Positions 34,941-43,713 of a DNA stretch of 64,000 bases are shown here, one piece after another (position 1 is the stretch's first letter; each line of letters opens with the position of its first letter). A model generated the notes under the pieces. It made no database searches, had not been told where the DNA came from, and saw only the letters and a program-made list of their open reading frames with translations. The translations under genes and the position numbers were made by a program. Source of the stretch: Bacillota bacterium (GTDB taxonomy: Bacteria; Bacillota; Proteinivoracia; UBA4975); the NCBI GenBank assembly GCA_050949165.1, contig JBMNFF010000003.1:235081-299080 (forward strand). Reading direction: 5' to 3'.

Positions 34941-36804
34941 GGGCTGTTGCACTAACAGCCCTTGAAAAACACACAAAAGACGGCGACTGGTAGTACCCAG
35001 AAGCCGTCTTTTGCTGTAAAATATAGTTATGCAAATCAATATTTTACGACCAGATTATACACCAACCGGGGGTGCATATCAACTGGTCCTACCCATGGAC
35101 ATTGGCGAATTAATCCCGGAAGACGATTCGGTGAGACTACTCAACGCCGTGCTTGAAAGGATGGATTATAGAAAGCTGCACGCTGCGTACTCCCGTTTAG
35201 GGAGAATCGAGACGCCTCCCAAAAGTCTATTCAAGGTGCTGGTGTATGGATACATGAATGGCATCTATTCCTCCCGTGCCTTGGAGCAAGCTTGTAGGCG
35301 CGACGTAAACTTCATGTATCTGCTGGGACGTTCTTCAGCACCCGATCATGCTACCATCGCCCGCTTCCGAAGTGAGCGACTACCTAGCGTTATGGATGAT
35401 CTGTTTTCACAACTGGTGTATTACTTAGCTGAAGCGGGGGAACTCTCACTACTCAATGCGTTTATCGATGGCACGAAGTTCGAGGCCAACGCCAATCGGT
35501 ACAGCTTTGTGTGGAAGAAGTCTACTCAAAAGAATGAAGCCAAGATGCAGGCGAAGTTGCGAGTCGAACTGCCAAAAATTGCAGCCGAGTTTGGCCTGCG
35601 CTTTCGGGTAGGAGAGAAAATCCGGGCTAAGGATTTAAAAAAGCTCCGAAAGCGGCTATATGCTCTCAAAGGGGACACAAAATTCGTCAAGGGCAAAGGG
35701 AAGCGGAAAACTCCCTTACAAAGAGCTGTGGAAACCGTGGAAGGGTACCTGGCCCGCCAGAGGCGGTATGATGGCCATAACCACATCTTTGGGGACAGAA
35801 ACAGCTTTTCCAAAACAGATAAGGACGCAACCTTCATGCGTTTAAAAGAAGACCACATGCGAAACGGTCAGTTGAAACCGGCCTACAATGCTACTATAGC
35901 AGTTGATGCAGAATACATAGTAGCTGCGATGATTTCACAAGAACGCAGCGACATGGCCACATTTATTCCCATAATGGAAAAGCTGCTTCCTCTGGGCTAC
36001 ACAGAGCCGGTAGCTGACGCTGGCTTCGAAAGCGAAGAGAATTATACCTGGTGCGAGGAAAACGGCCAGATCGCTTTTATTAAACCTGCAAACCATGACC
36101 GGGCCAAGACAAGAAAATACAGAAGCGACATTGGCAAACGAGAAAATATGCTCTATGATGCAGAAAGCGATGCTTACATTTGCTACGCAGGCAATAAAAT
36201 CCAGGCAGCGTATGAGAAGAAAGCCAAAACCAAGTCTGGATATCCCACAGTAACAACCGTGTATTCCTGCGCTCGCTGTGCCGGTTGTCCTCATAAGGCC
36301 AAATGCATAAAAGGCTCGAGTAAAATACCCCTCGAAAAGCGGAGCAAGAATCTCCACGTTTCTAAGTCTTTTCAAAGGCAGCGCGCTGAGATGGAGGCAC
36401 GCATTAACAGTGAGAAAGGTGTTCTGTTACGCATGAACCGCTCCATTCAGGTTGAGGGCGCCTTCGGTGTGCTGAAACAAGACATGGGATTTCGGCGTTT
36501 CCTCTTACGTGGCCAGGTAAAAGTACAGACAGAATTCCTGCTGTTGGCTATGGCATTCAACATAAATAAACTCCACAACAAAATCCGATCTGGACGCTGT
36601 GGAGCATATTTACATAATCCTAAGGTGGCTTAAGCCTAAATAACAGGTTATCCATAGGGGAAGCCCCCTTCCCCTATTTTGTCATACCCAAAAATGGGCC
36701 GAAACCACGGAAAATGCCCTAGAAAGAGGCCATTTTTCAGCTAGAACCAAGAAAAAAGGGCTATCGCCCAACGTTATTAATTAAACGTTTTGCGACAGCC
36801 CCTT
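34941..36804 (+). mobile_element. IS1182-family insertion sequence, copy B (1864 bp)
   Basis: Colinear with copy A in inverted orientation, with the same termini. Confidence 0.85.
35029..36633 (+). CDS. IS1182-family DDE transposase
   Basis: 534 aa, with 10 or more substitutions relative to copy A. Confidence 0.9.
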   Translation: MQINILRPDYTPTGGAYQLVLPMDIGELIPEDDSVRLLNAVLERMDYRKLHAAYSRLGRIETPPKSLFKVLVYGYMNGIYSSRALEQACRRDVNFMYLLGRSSAPDHATIARFRSERLPSVMDDLFSQLVYYLAEAGELSLLNAFIDGTKFEANANRYSFVWKKSTQKNEAKMQAKLRVELPKIAAEFGLRFRVGEKIRAKDLKKLRKRLYALKGDTKFVKGKGKRKTPLQRAVETVEGYLARQRRYDGHNHIFGDRNSFSKTDKDATFMRLKEDHMRNGQLKPAYNATIAVDAEYIVAAMISQERSDMATFIPIMEKLLPLGYTEPVADAGFESEENYTWCEENGQIAFIKPANHDRAKTRKYRSDIGKRENMLYDAESDAYICYAGNKIQAAYEKKAKTKSGYPTVTTVYSCARCAGCPHKAKCIKGSSKIPLEKRSKNLHVSKSFQRQRAEMEARINSEKGVLLRMNRSIQVEGAFGVLKQDMGFRRFLLRGQVKVQTEFLLLAMAFNINKLHNKIRSGRCGAYLHNPKVA

Positions 36805-36807
36805 TAT

Positions 36808-37785
36808 TTAGGGTGTTACTGGCGCAGTATGGCTGCAGGTACACAGGCCCAGGTCCACCTGGGCCGTTTCCATTGTCCGGATTATTGCCGAGAGGATATC
36901 CTGGACATTGCCCTGACCGTTGAAGCCAGCATAATCTGCATTCCCCCAGAAGTTGGTGCGGGGGTATGCCTGGACTGACGCTTCTAAAATGGTGTGGAGG
37001 TTTAGATGGTGGGCAGTGGAAGGGTTTTTTGCCAGCCTGATAAAACAACTGTCCTGCTGCTGATAGCCCACCACGGAGACATCTGCACCCAATTCCACCA
37101 GCATCATGGCCACATAGTAGACATAGTTGCGCTCCGCCCTGGTGGATGCCACCAGGCAATTGCCCACCCTGTGCAGCTGGGCCGAGAATGCGGCATGGAG
37201 GCGGACCTCCCGGTCAATCCTGCTGGTGATTTGCAGCACCCGCAGCAAGGCCTGGTAATTGGTCTGCCCTTCTTCGAGGATTGCCGCTAAGTCGCCGATG
37301 CTGGCATTGGCGGCGGTGGCGAGATATCTGGTGTCGCCCATAATTCCGGCCCCCAGAGCCAGAGCCATGTTCTCATCCAAAGTAACGCCCAGCCTGCGGC
37401 AGATGCGCCAGACCAATTGACAGGTGGAATCCGTCAAGTCATGGACTGCCGCCAGGGCGCCTGCGACCAATGTGTTTTTGGCATGGTGGTCCACCAGGAG
37501 GTATTCCTGGGGCATGCAGCCGGGGAGCTGTTGGGCGTCGGCGGTGTCCACCAGGATCGTCATGTCGTACCTGCTCGTGTCCGGCTGGAATAGCACCTGC
37601 ATGCCCAGCTTCCACTCCAGTTCCCGGGCATGCTCGCTGATGAGTCGGGGCACAGCCATATCTGCCTGCAGGACCCTGGCCAGGACATGGGCCGCCCCCA
37701 GGGCGTCGCTGTCTGCATCGTCATGGCAGAGAATCAGCAGGCGCCCAAGCCGGTATTTTTCCAATGTCGCCAAAAAGTCCTCCAC
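36808..37785 (-). CDS. DHH-family phosphoesterase (NrnA-like)
   Basis: ILCHDDADSDALG, VDTAD and LLVDHH motifs in DHH order. The DHHA1 GGGH motif is degenerate. Confidence 0.75.
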   Translation of the reverse strand: MEDFLATLEKYRLGRLLILCHDDADSDALGAAHVLARVLQADMAVPRLISEHARELEWKLGMQVLFQPDTSRYDMTILVDTADAQQLPGCMPQEYLLVDHHAKNTLVAGALAAVHDLTDSTCQLVWRICRRLGVTLDENMALALGAGIMGDTRYLATAANASIGDLAAILEEGQTNYQALLRVLQITSRIDREVRLHAAFSAQLHRVGNCLVASTRAERNYVYYVAMMLVELGADVSVVGYQQQDSCFIRLAKNPSTAHHLNLHTILEASVQAYPRTNFWGNADYAGFNGQGNVQDILSAIIRTMETAQVDLGLCTCSHTAPVTP

Positions 37786-37808
37786 TTGTCCTCACCGCCC
37801 CAGGGGTG

Positions 37809-38720
37809 TTAATCCTTAAATTTACCCCAGATTTTTACCTCGGTCTGTAAATCAACATCGTGCTTGGCCTTGACCTTCGCCTTGACCAAGGTGATCAGGT
37901 CGTAGATGTCCTGGGCTGAGGCCTTATTTTCATTGACGATAAAGCCGCAATGCTTTTCAGAAACTGCCGCGCCTCCCAAGCGCTCTCCCCTGAGCTGGCA
38001 GGATTCGATGAGCTGACCGGCGTAATGGCCCGGCGGACGCCGGAAGGTGCTGCCGGCGCTGGGCTTATCCAGGGGCTGCTTTTCCTTGCGGCGACGGGTA
38101 TACTCCTGCATCTTGGCGGCAATTTCGTCACAGTCCCCGGGGGCCAGTTCCATCTCCACCTCCAGGACAACATTGCCGTTGCTCTGAAAGATACTGGAAC
38201 GATAACCCATTTCCAATTCGCCGCCGCAGTAGGTGACGAATTCTCCCTGGGGGGTGACTGCCAGAACCCGGCGCACCACATCCTTCATCTCGCCGCCGTA
38301 AGCACCGGCATTCATTACCACCGCGCCCCCGACGGTACCGGGAATGCCGCTGGCAAATTCCAAACCCGTCAGGCAGTTGGCCCGGGCTATGGAGCTGACC
38401 CGAGGCAGGGAGGCGCCGGCCTGGGCCACGATCAGGGTATCGGCCACCCGCACCTCGGCCAGGTTGGCCTCCAGGACCATGACCACCCCTTCCAGGCCGG
38501 AATCGCTGACCAGAAGGTTGGTGCCCTTGCCCATGACATACCACTTTAGGCCATTCTCATTGCAGTAGGTAATTATCTGAGCCACCTGGCTGTAATCCCG
38601 GGGCATCACCAGGTACTCGGCGGGCCCTCCCACCTGAAAGGATGTATATCTCGACATGGCTTGCTGGCACAAGACCGAATTGACATCGGTAATGGCTTCC
38701 AGGTCAGCCTTGACCTTCAT
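37809..38720 (-). CDS. murB: UDP-N-acetylenolpyruvoylglucosamine reductase
   Basis: FQVGGPAEY, GKGTNLLVSD and GIPGTVGGAVVMNAGAYG blocks. Confidence 0.9.
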   Translation of the reverse strand: MKVKADLEAITDVNSVLCQQAMSRYTSFQVGGPAEYLVMPRDYSQVAQIITYCNENGLKWYVMGKGTNLLVSDSGLEGVVMVLEANLAEVRVADTLIVAQAGASLPRVSSIARANCLTGLEFASGIPGTVGGAVVMNAGAYGGEMKDVVRRVLAVTPQGEFVTYCGGELEMGYRSSIFQSNGNVVLEVEMELAPGDCDEIAAKMQEYTRRRKEKQPLDKPSAGSTFRRPPGHYAGQLIESCQLRGERLGGAAVSEKHCGFIVNENKASAQDIYDLITLVKAKVKAKHDVDLQTEVKIWGKFKD

Positions 38721-38845
38721 AAATAATTCCTCCCAATTCTTTCTATACGGTAAAGCTCCTGCAAGGCAAGCAGGAAAAGACCCGCTTCCCGCAGAAACTA
38801 TACTTGACCCGGTTTTCGGGGAGTATCTGACCAGGAGGGCTTGTC

Positions 38846-39202
38846 ATGAGCCAAGACCAGAAAGTAAAGATATGGTCGGCACTCTGCTACCTGCCGCCCC
38901 TCTTCTTGCCCCTGCTCTTTTTTAAGCGCAGGACCCCGCTGATCTATTCCCATGCCAAACAGGCGCTGGTGACATGGATTTTCCTGGGTCTGGCCTATGT
39001 TATCTCCTTGCTGCCGGGACCGCTCTTTGCCGTCGGCAAGTGGCCGGTCAGCATCGGCCTCGGCATCCTCTTTCTCCTCCATCTGGCCATGGGCCTGGCC
39101 ACAGCTGTCCGTGGCCAAGCAAAGCCACTGCCACTGGGAGAATGGATTGACAACCTGCCCATTTTTTCCAGCAGCGAAACCTCCGGCGAAGAAACCCGCT
39201 AG
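38846..39202 (+). CDS. Small membrane protein (DUF4870/Tic20-like)
   Basis: Three TM helices and a ...SHAKQAL... segment. Confidence 0.5.
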   Translation: MSQDQKVKIWSALCYLPPLFLPLLFFKRRTPLIYSHAKQALVTWIFLGLAYVISLLPGPLFAVGKWPVSIGLGILFLLHLAMGLATAVRGQAKPLPLGEWIDNLPIFSSSETSGEETR

Positions 39203-39214
39203 GAGGTTTCTTTT

Positions 39215-39892
39215 TTACTCCAGCGTCAATTCGGCGCCGGGGTCCATTACCTCCACCCGGGCAAAGCCCCGGCCTTCGACCTGGACCTTGAATTGGTAGG
39301 GGTCCTGGCGAATCAGCTCAAAGGTGTTGTAGTGCATGGGAATGACCACCCGGGGCCGGAGCATTTCCACCGCCAGGGCGGCGTCGGCGGGGCCCATGGT
39401 GTAGTTGTCACCGATGGGCAGGAGGGCATAGTCGATATCTTCCAGCTGCCCCAGGAGCTTCATGTCGGAAAAGAGGCCGGTGTCGCCGGCAAAGTAAATT
39501 CCCCGCTGATGAAAGTTTACATAAAAGCCGCAGGCCAGCCCCCCTGCTACGCCGGCGCCGTGGAGGGCCGGGGTGAAGCGCAGATAGCCGAAGGGGAAGT
39601 TAACCCTCCCGCCAATGTGCCCGGTGTGAATGCGGCTGACCCCCTGGCTGCGACAGAGATTGCCCACTTCGAAGGTCGAGACCAGGACGGCATTGTTGTG
39701 CTGGCAGATTTCCACGGCGTCCCCCAGATGGTCGGCGTGGGCATGGCTGACCAGAACATAGTCCACCTTGATGTCCTGAGGATCGATTTCCCCCGCACCG
39801 GGATTGCCATTGATATGCGGATCGAAGATAAGGCTGTCTTGCTCAGATTTCAGGATGAAACAAGAATGCCCCAGGTATGAAAGCGTAAGCAT
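39215..39892 (-). CDS. Metallo-beta-lactamase-fold hydrolase (UPF0173/YtkL-like)
   Basis: LGHSCF at the N-terminus, SHAHADHLGD metal motif, 225 aa. Confidence 0.8.
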   Translation of the reverse strand: MLTLSYLGHSCFILKSEQDSLIFDPHINGNPGAGEIDPQDIKVDYVLVSHAHADHLGDAVEICQHNNAVLVSTFEVGNLCRSQGVSRIHTGHIGGRVNFPFGYLRFTPALHGAGVAGGLACGFYVNFHQRGIYFAGDTGLFSDMKLLGQLEDIDYALLPIGDNYTMGPADAALAVEMLRPRVVIPMHYNTFELIRQDPYQFKVQVEGRGFARVEVMDPGAELTLE

Positions 39893-39905
39893 TCAAAAAT
39901 CCCCC

Positions 39906-40766
39906 CTATAAATTATCCGGTTCGACGTGCAGGGCGGAGCGGCTGTGCGGCAAGGTTTGCCGCAGGTGCTCCTCCAGGTGATCGCAAATATCATGGGCCT
40001 GTTCTACAGAAAGCGCTCCGTCCACCAGCAAATGGACTTCCAGGTATCTGAATCTCCCCACCCTGCGGGTCCTCAACTTGTGGAATCCCCGCAGGGGCGG
40101 CATATGCCGGGTAAAGATTTCCTCTATGCTCTCCCGCTCGGCCCGGGGAAGGCTGGAATCTACCAGATCCAGACTGGCCGAATAGATTAGCTTTATCCCT
40201 CCTGCGGCAATGAGGGCGGTAACCGCCAGGGCGGCGATGGCGTCTGCTATCAGTATTCCCCAAAAGTGAGCGATAGCCAGCCCAACCAGAACCGCCACCG
40301 AGGAAGCCACGTCGGTGAGCATGTGCAAGGCGCCTCCCAGCACAGCGAGGGATTCGGTTTTCTTTGCCACCTGCCACATGCGCCAGCTGACAAGGCCCTG
40401 CAGGATTATGGCCACCAGGGTGACCGCCATCCCCACCCCCGCTATTTCCAGGGGAGCTGGCGCCAGCAACCTCTCCACCGCCTCCCAGCCGATGATGGCG
40501 GCAGATATCAGGATCAGGACTCCCTGGCCCAAGGCGGCCAGGTTTTCATACTTGCCGTGCCCCCAGGGATGGCAGGCGTCCTCGGGCCTCAGGGCAACCC
40601 TCACGCTTATCCAGGCCCCCACCGCCGCCATAAAATCGGTGACGGTATGAATGCCATCGGAAATCATGGCCACAGAGCCGGCCAGGATGCCGATGGCAAT
40701 CTGCAGGGCCATGATCAGTAAATTTGCGGCAATGGCCAATAGCGAAACCTTGCCCTTGCTATCCAC
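39906..40766 (-). CDS. Cation diffusion facilitator (CDF) metal efflux transporter
   Basis: Six TM helices with the HxxxD pattern (DGIHTVTD, HMLTD). Cytoplasmic C-terminal domain. Confidence 0.85.
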   Translation of the reverse strand: MDSKGKVSLLAIAANLLIMALQIAIGILAGSVAMISDGIHTVTDFMAAVGAWISVRVALRPEDACHPWGHGKYENLAALGQGVLILISAAIIGWEAVERLLAPAPLEIAGVGMAVTLVAIILQGLVSWRMWQVAKKTESLAVLGGALHMLTDVASSVAVLVGLAIAHFWGILIADAIAALAVTALIAAGGIKLIYSASLDLVDSSLPRAERESIEEIFTRHMPPLRGFHKLRTRRVGRFRYLEVHLLVDGALSVEQAHDICDHLEEHLRQTLPHSRSALHVEPDNL

Positions 40767-40824
40767 TCCCCAAACCTCCCCGTACCTGATGTTCCAGTAT
40801 ACGCGGAGGTCTTTGAAGCGGTAA

Positions 40825-41817
40825 CTAAATCAGTCCGTTAACTTCGGCTTGCAGGCGGATGGTCTCCCGGACCATTTTCCGGAGCTCCCTGGGCTCAACC
40901 ACCTTAACCTCGGCCCCGTGGCTGAGGACCCAGGGGAATATTTCCTCCAGGGCGCTGACGGTCTTGGAAAACTCCAGGCCGCCATTGTCCAGCTCCTTAA
41001 GCTCGTCTGCCTTGTTGCCGTGGTATTCCCGGATAAACCTGCTGTACTCCGGGCTGAAGTGCAGGACCACCTGGTAATTTTCCTCGCCTTTGAAGACATC
41101 CCAACAGCGGCTTTTATAGTCCTCGTACTTGAAATTGGGATCGGGTTGAAATTCGGTTTCCAGGGGCTCCGCCTCCAATATCCTGTCCAGACGGAATTCC
41201 CGGATGGAGTTTCGCGCCTTGCACCAGGCCACAATATAGTATTGCTGGCGGAAGTAAATTGTATAAGGCTGAATTGTACGCTGGCTGATCTCGTCACTGG
41301 CGAAGGCATGGTAAAGAATGCGCACTTCCCGATGGCAACGCATCGCCTCGATCATGGTCTGGATTATCGGTCCCCCGCGGCTCAGGTTGCCCGGAAGCTC
41401 AACCCGAAAAAGCCGATAGATTCCCTGTAAATAACGCTGCTGCAAGTCCGGCAGGCTGGCCATCAGGCGACGGGTCAGTTCAATCCCTGCATCGACAACG
41501 GGGTCGCTGCCCAGGGCCTCCAGGAGCCTGTTGATAAAGACCAGGGCCATCAACTCGACAAAGGAGCACTGCATCCCTTCCAGCTTAAAATGGTCCATCA
41601 GGTAATAGTAGTTCTTATTCTCCCTTACCGTTTCAGTGATGGGAAAATGCAGGGAAAGATCGTCCAGATCACGATAGACAGTACGCAAACTGACATCGAC
41701 ACCCAACTGATCCTTCAGCTCCCGGTGCAGGTCCTCGGCAGTGCGGCCTTGCCTCCAGCTATCCAGAGCCCGCAGCAGGTAGAGCTGGCGATCCAGTTTG
41801 CTGAAACTCACAAGCAT
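40825..41817 (-). CDS. HTH-WYL-domain transcriptional regulator (YafY/PafBC-like)
   Basis: DeoR-like HTH (RTAEDLHRELKDQLGVDVSLRTVYRDLDDL) and WYL domain (IQPYTIYFRQQYYIVAWCKARNSIREFRLDRI). ATG at 41817 follows GGGGGGA. Confidence 0.8.
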   Translation of the reverse strand: MLVSFSKLDRQLYLLRALDSWRQGRTAEDLHRELKDQLGVDVSLRTVYRDLDDLSLHFPITETVRENKNYYYLMDHFKLEGMQCSFVELMALVFINRLLEALGSDPVVDAGIELTRRLMASLPDLQQRYLQGIYRLFRVELPGNLSRGGPIIQTMIEAMRCHREVRILYHAFASDEISQRTIQPYTIYFRQQYYIVAWCKARNSIREFRLDRILEAEPLETEFQPDPNFKYEDYKSRCWDVFKGEENYQVVLHFSPEYSRFIREYHGNKADELKELDNGGLEFSKTVSALEEIFPWVLSHGAEVKVVEPRELRKMVRETIRLQAEVNGLI

Positions 41818-41879
41818 TCCCCCCAATAAACAATTCCACCTTACCCTCAATATACTTCGCGGAAGTCGCAACAATTTCC

Positions 41880-41892
41880 TTCCTGGCAGGAA
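41880..41892. promoter_or_regulatory. Candidate operator in the divergent intergenic region
   Basis: Perfect 6-1-6 palindrome TTCCTG-G-CAGGAA, about 50 nt upstream of the first DUF4438-like gene. Confidence 0.3.
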
Positions 41893-41941
41893 TGTCTGTT
41901 TGCCACCGCGAATATCTTAACCATTGTCAGGAGGTGTAGTA

Positions 41942-42799
41942 ATGTTAAAAACCAATTCGCAAAGGCTGGTCCAGATCGCTGTGGCCGGCCAAGTGGCCTT
42001 CGCCCGTTCCTTCGGCTGGGAAGTTGCCCAGGACGGCCGGCCCTTCACCCTGCCCAGTGTGGGTGGAATCGCCTACAATGTAAAGATCGGCGACCTGGCC
42101 AGCGGTTTTGAGGCCGACCATGTGGAGCCGGGGGTGAGCATCCGCCGCAAGGATGATAAGGAAAATGCCGGTCTCAACACCCTGGCCTGCGTGGGCAATG
42201 TCGCCACCGTGGTCAGCGGCGATGCCAAGGGGGCCAAGGGATTCGTCACCGGCAAGCACGGGGGCATCGAACACGTCTTGGTCTGGTTCGACCAGGATAC
42301 CCTGGAAAAGTTGGGTCCCGAGGATAATATCCAGATCAGGAGCTGGGGCACCGGCCTTGCCCTGGAGGAGCTGCCGGATATCAAGATCAAGAACCTGGAT
42401 CCCGAGCTCCTGGCCAAGATGGACCTGCAGATAAAGGATGGGGTGTTGGAGGTGCCGGTGGTCACCACGGTGCCCGCCTACCTCATGGGTTCCGGGATGG
42501 GCTCAGCCACCGCCCACCGGGGCGATTACGACATCATGACTGCAGACCCCAAGGCTTATAAGCAGTTTGGCCTGGACAGGCTCCGCTTCGGCGACCTGGT
42601 CCTGCTCCAGGACTGCGACACCACCTATGGCCGCGGTTACCTTGAAGGGGCCATCACCGTAGGCGTTGTGGTACACAGCGACTGCCTCTTGGCCGGCCAC
42701 GGCCCCGGCATCACCACCCTCTTCACCTGCAAGACCCCGAAGATCCGGGGCATCAAGAGCGAGAAGGCCAATATCGGCTATTGGCTGGGCATTCTCTAA
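41942..42799 (+). CDS. Protein of unknown function, DUF4438-like, paralog 1
   Basis: 285 aa. ATG at 41942 follows AGGAGGTG. By eye about two-thirds identical to the next gene. Family assignment is from memory of size and motif pattern (DHVEPGVS, GKHGG, GDYDIMT, GHGPG). Confidence 0.7.
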   Translation: MLKTNSQRLVQIAVAGQVAFARSFGWEVAQDGRPFTLPSVGGIAYNVKIGDLASGFEADHVEPGVSIRRKDDKENAGLNTLACVGNVATVVSGDAKGAKGFVTGKHGGIEHVLVWFDQDTLEKLGPEDNIQIRSWGTGLALEELPDIKIKNLDPELLAKMDLQIKDGVLEVPVVTTVPAYLMGSGMGSATAHRGDYDIMTADPKAYKQFGLDRLRFGDLVLLQDCDTTYGRGYLEGAITVGVVVHSDCLLAGHGPGITTLFTCKTPKIRGIKSEKANIGYWLGIL

Positions 42800-42814
42800 G
42801 GAGGTCATAGAAAT

Positions 42815-43687
42815 ATGCTTACCACCAATAAAGATCGACTGGTACAAATCGCCGTTTCCGGGCCGGTGGCCCACTCCATGGCAAGCTCTCCCTACCGAAT
42901 CAAGACCGACGGCACCCCCATCACCCTGCCCGGCACCGGGGGCATCACCTACAATGTCAAGGTGGGGGACCCGGCCTGCGGCTGGGTGGCCGACCATGTG
43001 GAACCGGGGGTCAGCCTCCGCCACAAGGACGAGAAGGAAAACGCCGGCCTCCACACCCTGGCCTGCGTGGGCAACGTCGCCACCGTGGTCAGCGGCGAGG
43101 CCAAAGGAGCCAAGGGCTTCGTCACCGGCAAGCACGGCGGCATCAACCATGTCCTGGTCCACTTTGACCGGGAAACCCTGGAGAAAATGGCCATCGGCGA
43201 CAAGGTCCAGATCCGGGGCTGGGGCACCGGCCTCAAGATCCTGGAGGCCCCGGAAGTGACGGTCATGAACCTGGACCCGGAGCTCCTGGAAAAGATGGAC
43301 CTGAAGGTAGTGGACGGCGTCCTGGAGGTGCCGGTAACCACCTTCATCCCTCCCTACCTCATGGGCTCCGGCATCGGCGCCTCCACCTGCCACACCGGAG
43401 ATTATGACATCATGACCCACGACCCCGAGGCCTATGAACAGTGCGGCCTGGATAAGTTGCGCCTGGGCGACCTGGTCCTGCTCCAGGACTGCGACAATCA
43501 GTACGGCCGGGGTTACCTCAAGGGAGCGGTCTCGGTCGGGGTTGTCGTCCACAGCGACTGCGTCATCACCGGCCACGGCCCCGGCGTCACCACCCTCTTC
43601 ACATGCAAAAAGCCCCTGATCCGGGGCGTCAAGAGCGACACAGCAAATATCACCCACTGGGGACGGTTCTTAGTGGATGATTTTTAG
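42815..43687 (+). CDS. Protein of unknown function, DUF4438-like, paralog 2
   Basis: 290 aa, RBS GGAGG. Long nucleotide-identical stretches with paralog 1, for example CTGGCCTGCGTGGGCAA(T/C)GTCGCCACCGTGGTCAGCGGCGA. Confidence 0.7.
   Translation: MLTTNKDRLVQIAVSGPVAHSMASSPYRIKTDGTPITLPGTGGITYNVKVGDPACGWVADHVEPGVSLRHKDEKENAGLHTLACVGNVATVVSGEAKGAKGFVTGKHGGINHVLVHFDRETLEKMAIGDKVQIRGWGTGLKILEAPEVTVMNLDPELLEKMDLKVVDGVLEVPVTTFIPPYLMGSGIGASTCHTGDYDIMTHDPEAYEQCGLDKLRLGDLVLLQDCDNQYGRGYLKGAVSVGVVVHSDCVITGHGPGVTTLFTCKKPLIRGVKSDTANITHWGRFLVDDF
43650..43687. repeat. Palindromic repeat element, copy 1 (terminator-like)
   Basis: TCACCCACT-GGGGACGGTTCTT-AGTGGATGA-TTTTTAG. Overlaps the last codons and the stop of paralog 2. 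Confidence 0.6.
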
Positions 43688-43713
43688 GCCGGAGGAATAT
43701 AAGGCGGGGTGAT

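Noticed and set aside
34962-35156. A 64-aa ORF (MKNTQKTATGSTQKPSF...) conserved in both IS1182 copies (also 5799-5993)
   Set aside because: It is conserved only because the IS itself is duplicated. It overlaps the transposase start in another frame and has no convincing RBS, so it is probably not a gene.
4151-36804. The IS1182 pair as a bona fide composite transposon that delivered the whole 29-kb segment
   Set aside because: About a third of the enclosed DNA (6-15.6 kb) has backbone-like GC content and housekeeping-type genes (SpoIID-domain protein, RNA methyltransferase, TrxR-like). The two IS copies differ at 10 or more residues, and I found no matching target duplication at the outer junctions. 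Recombination or inversion between independently inserted copies is more plausible.
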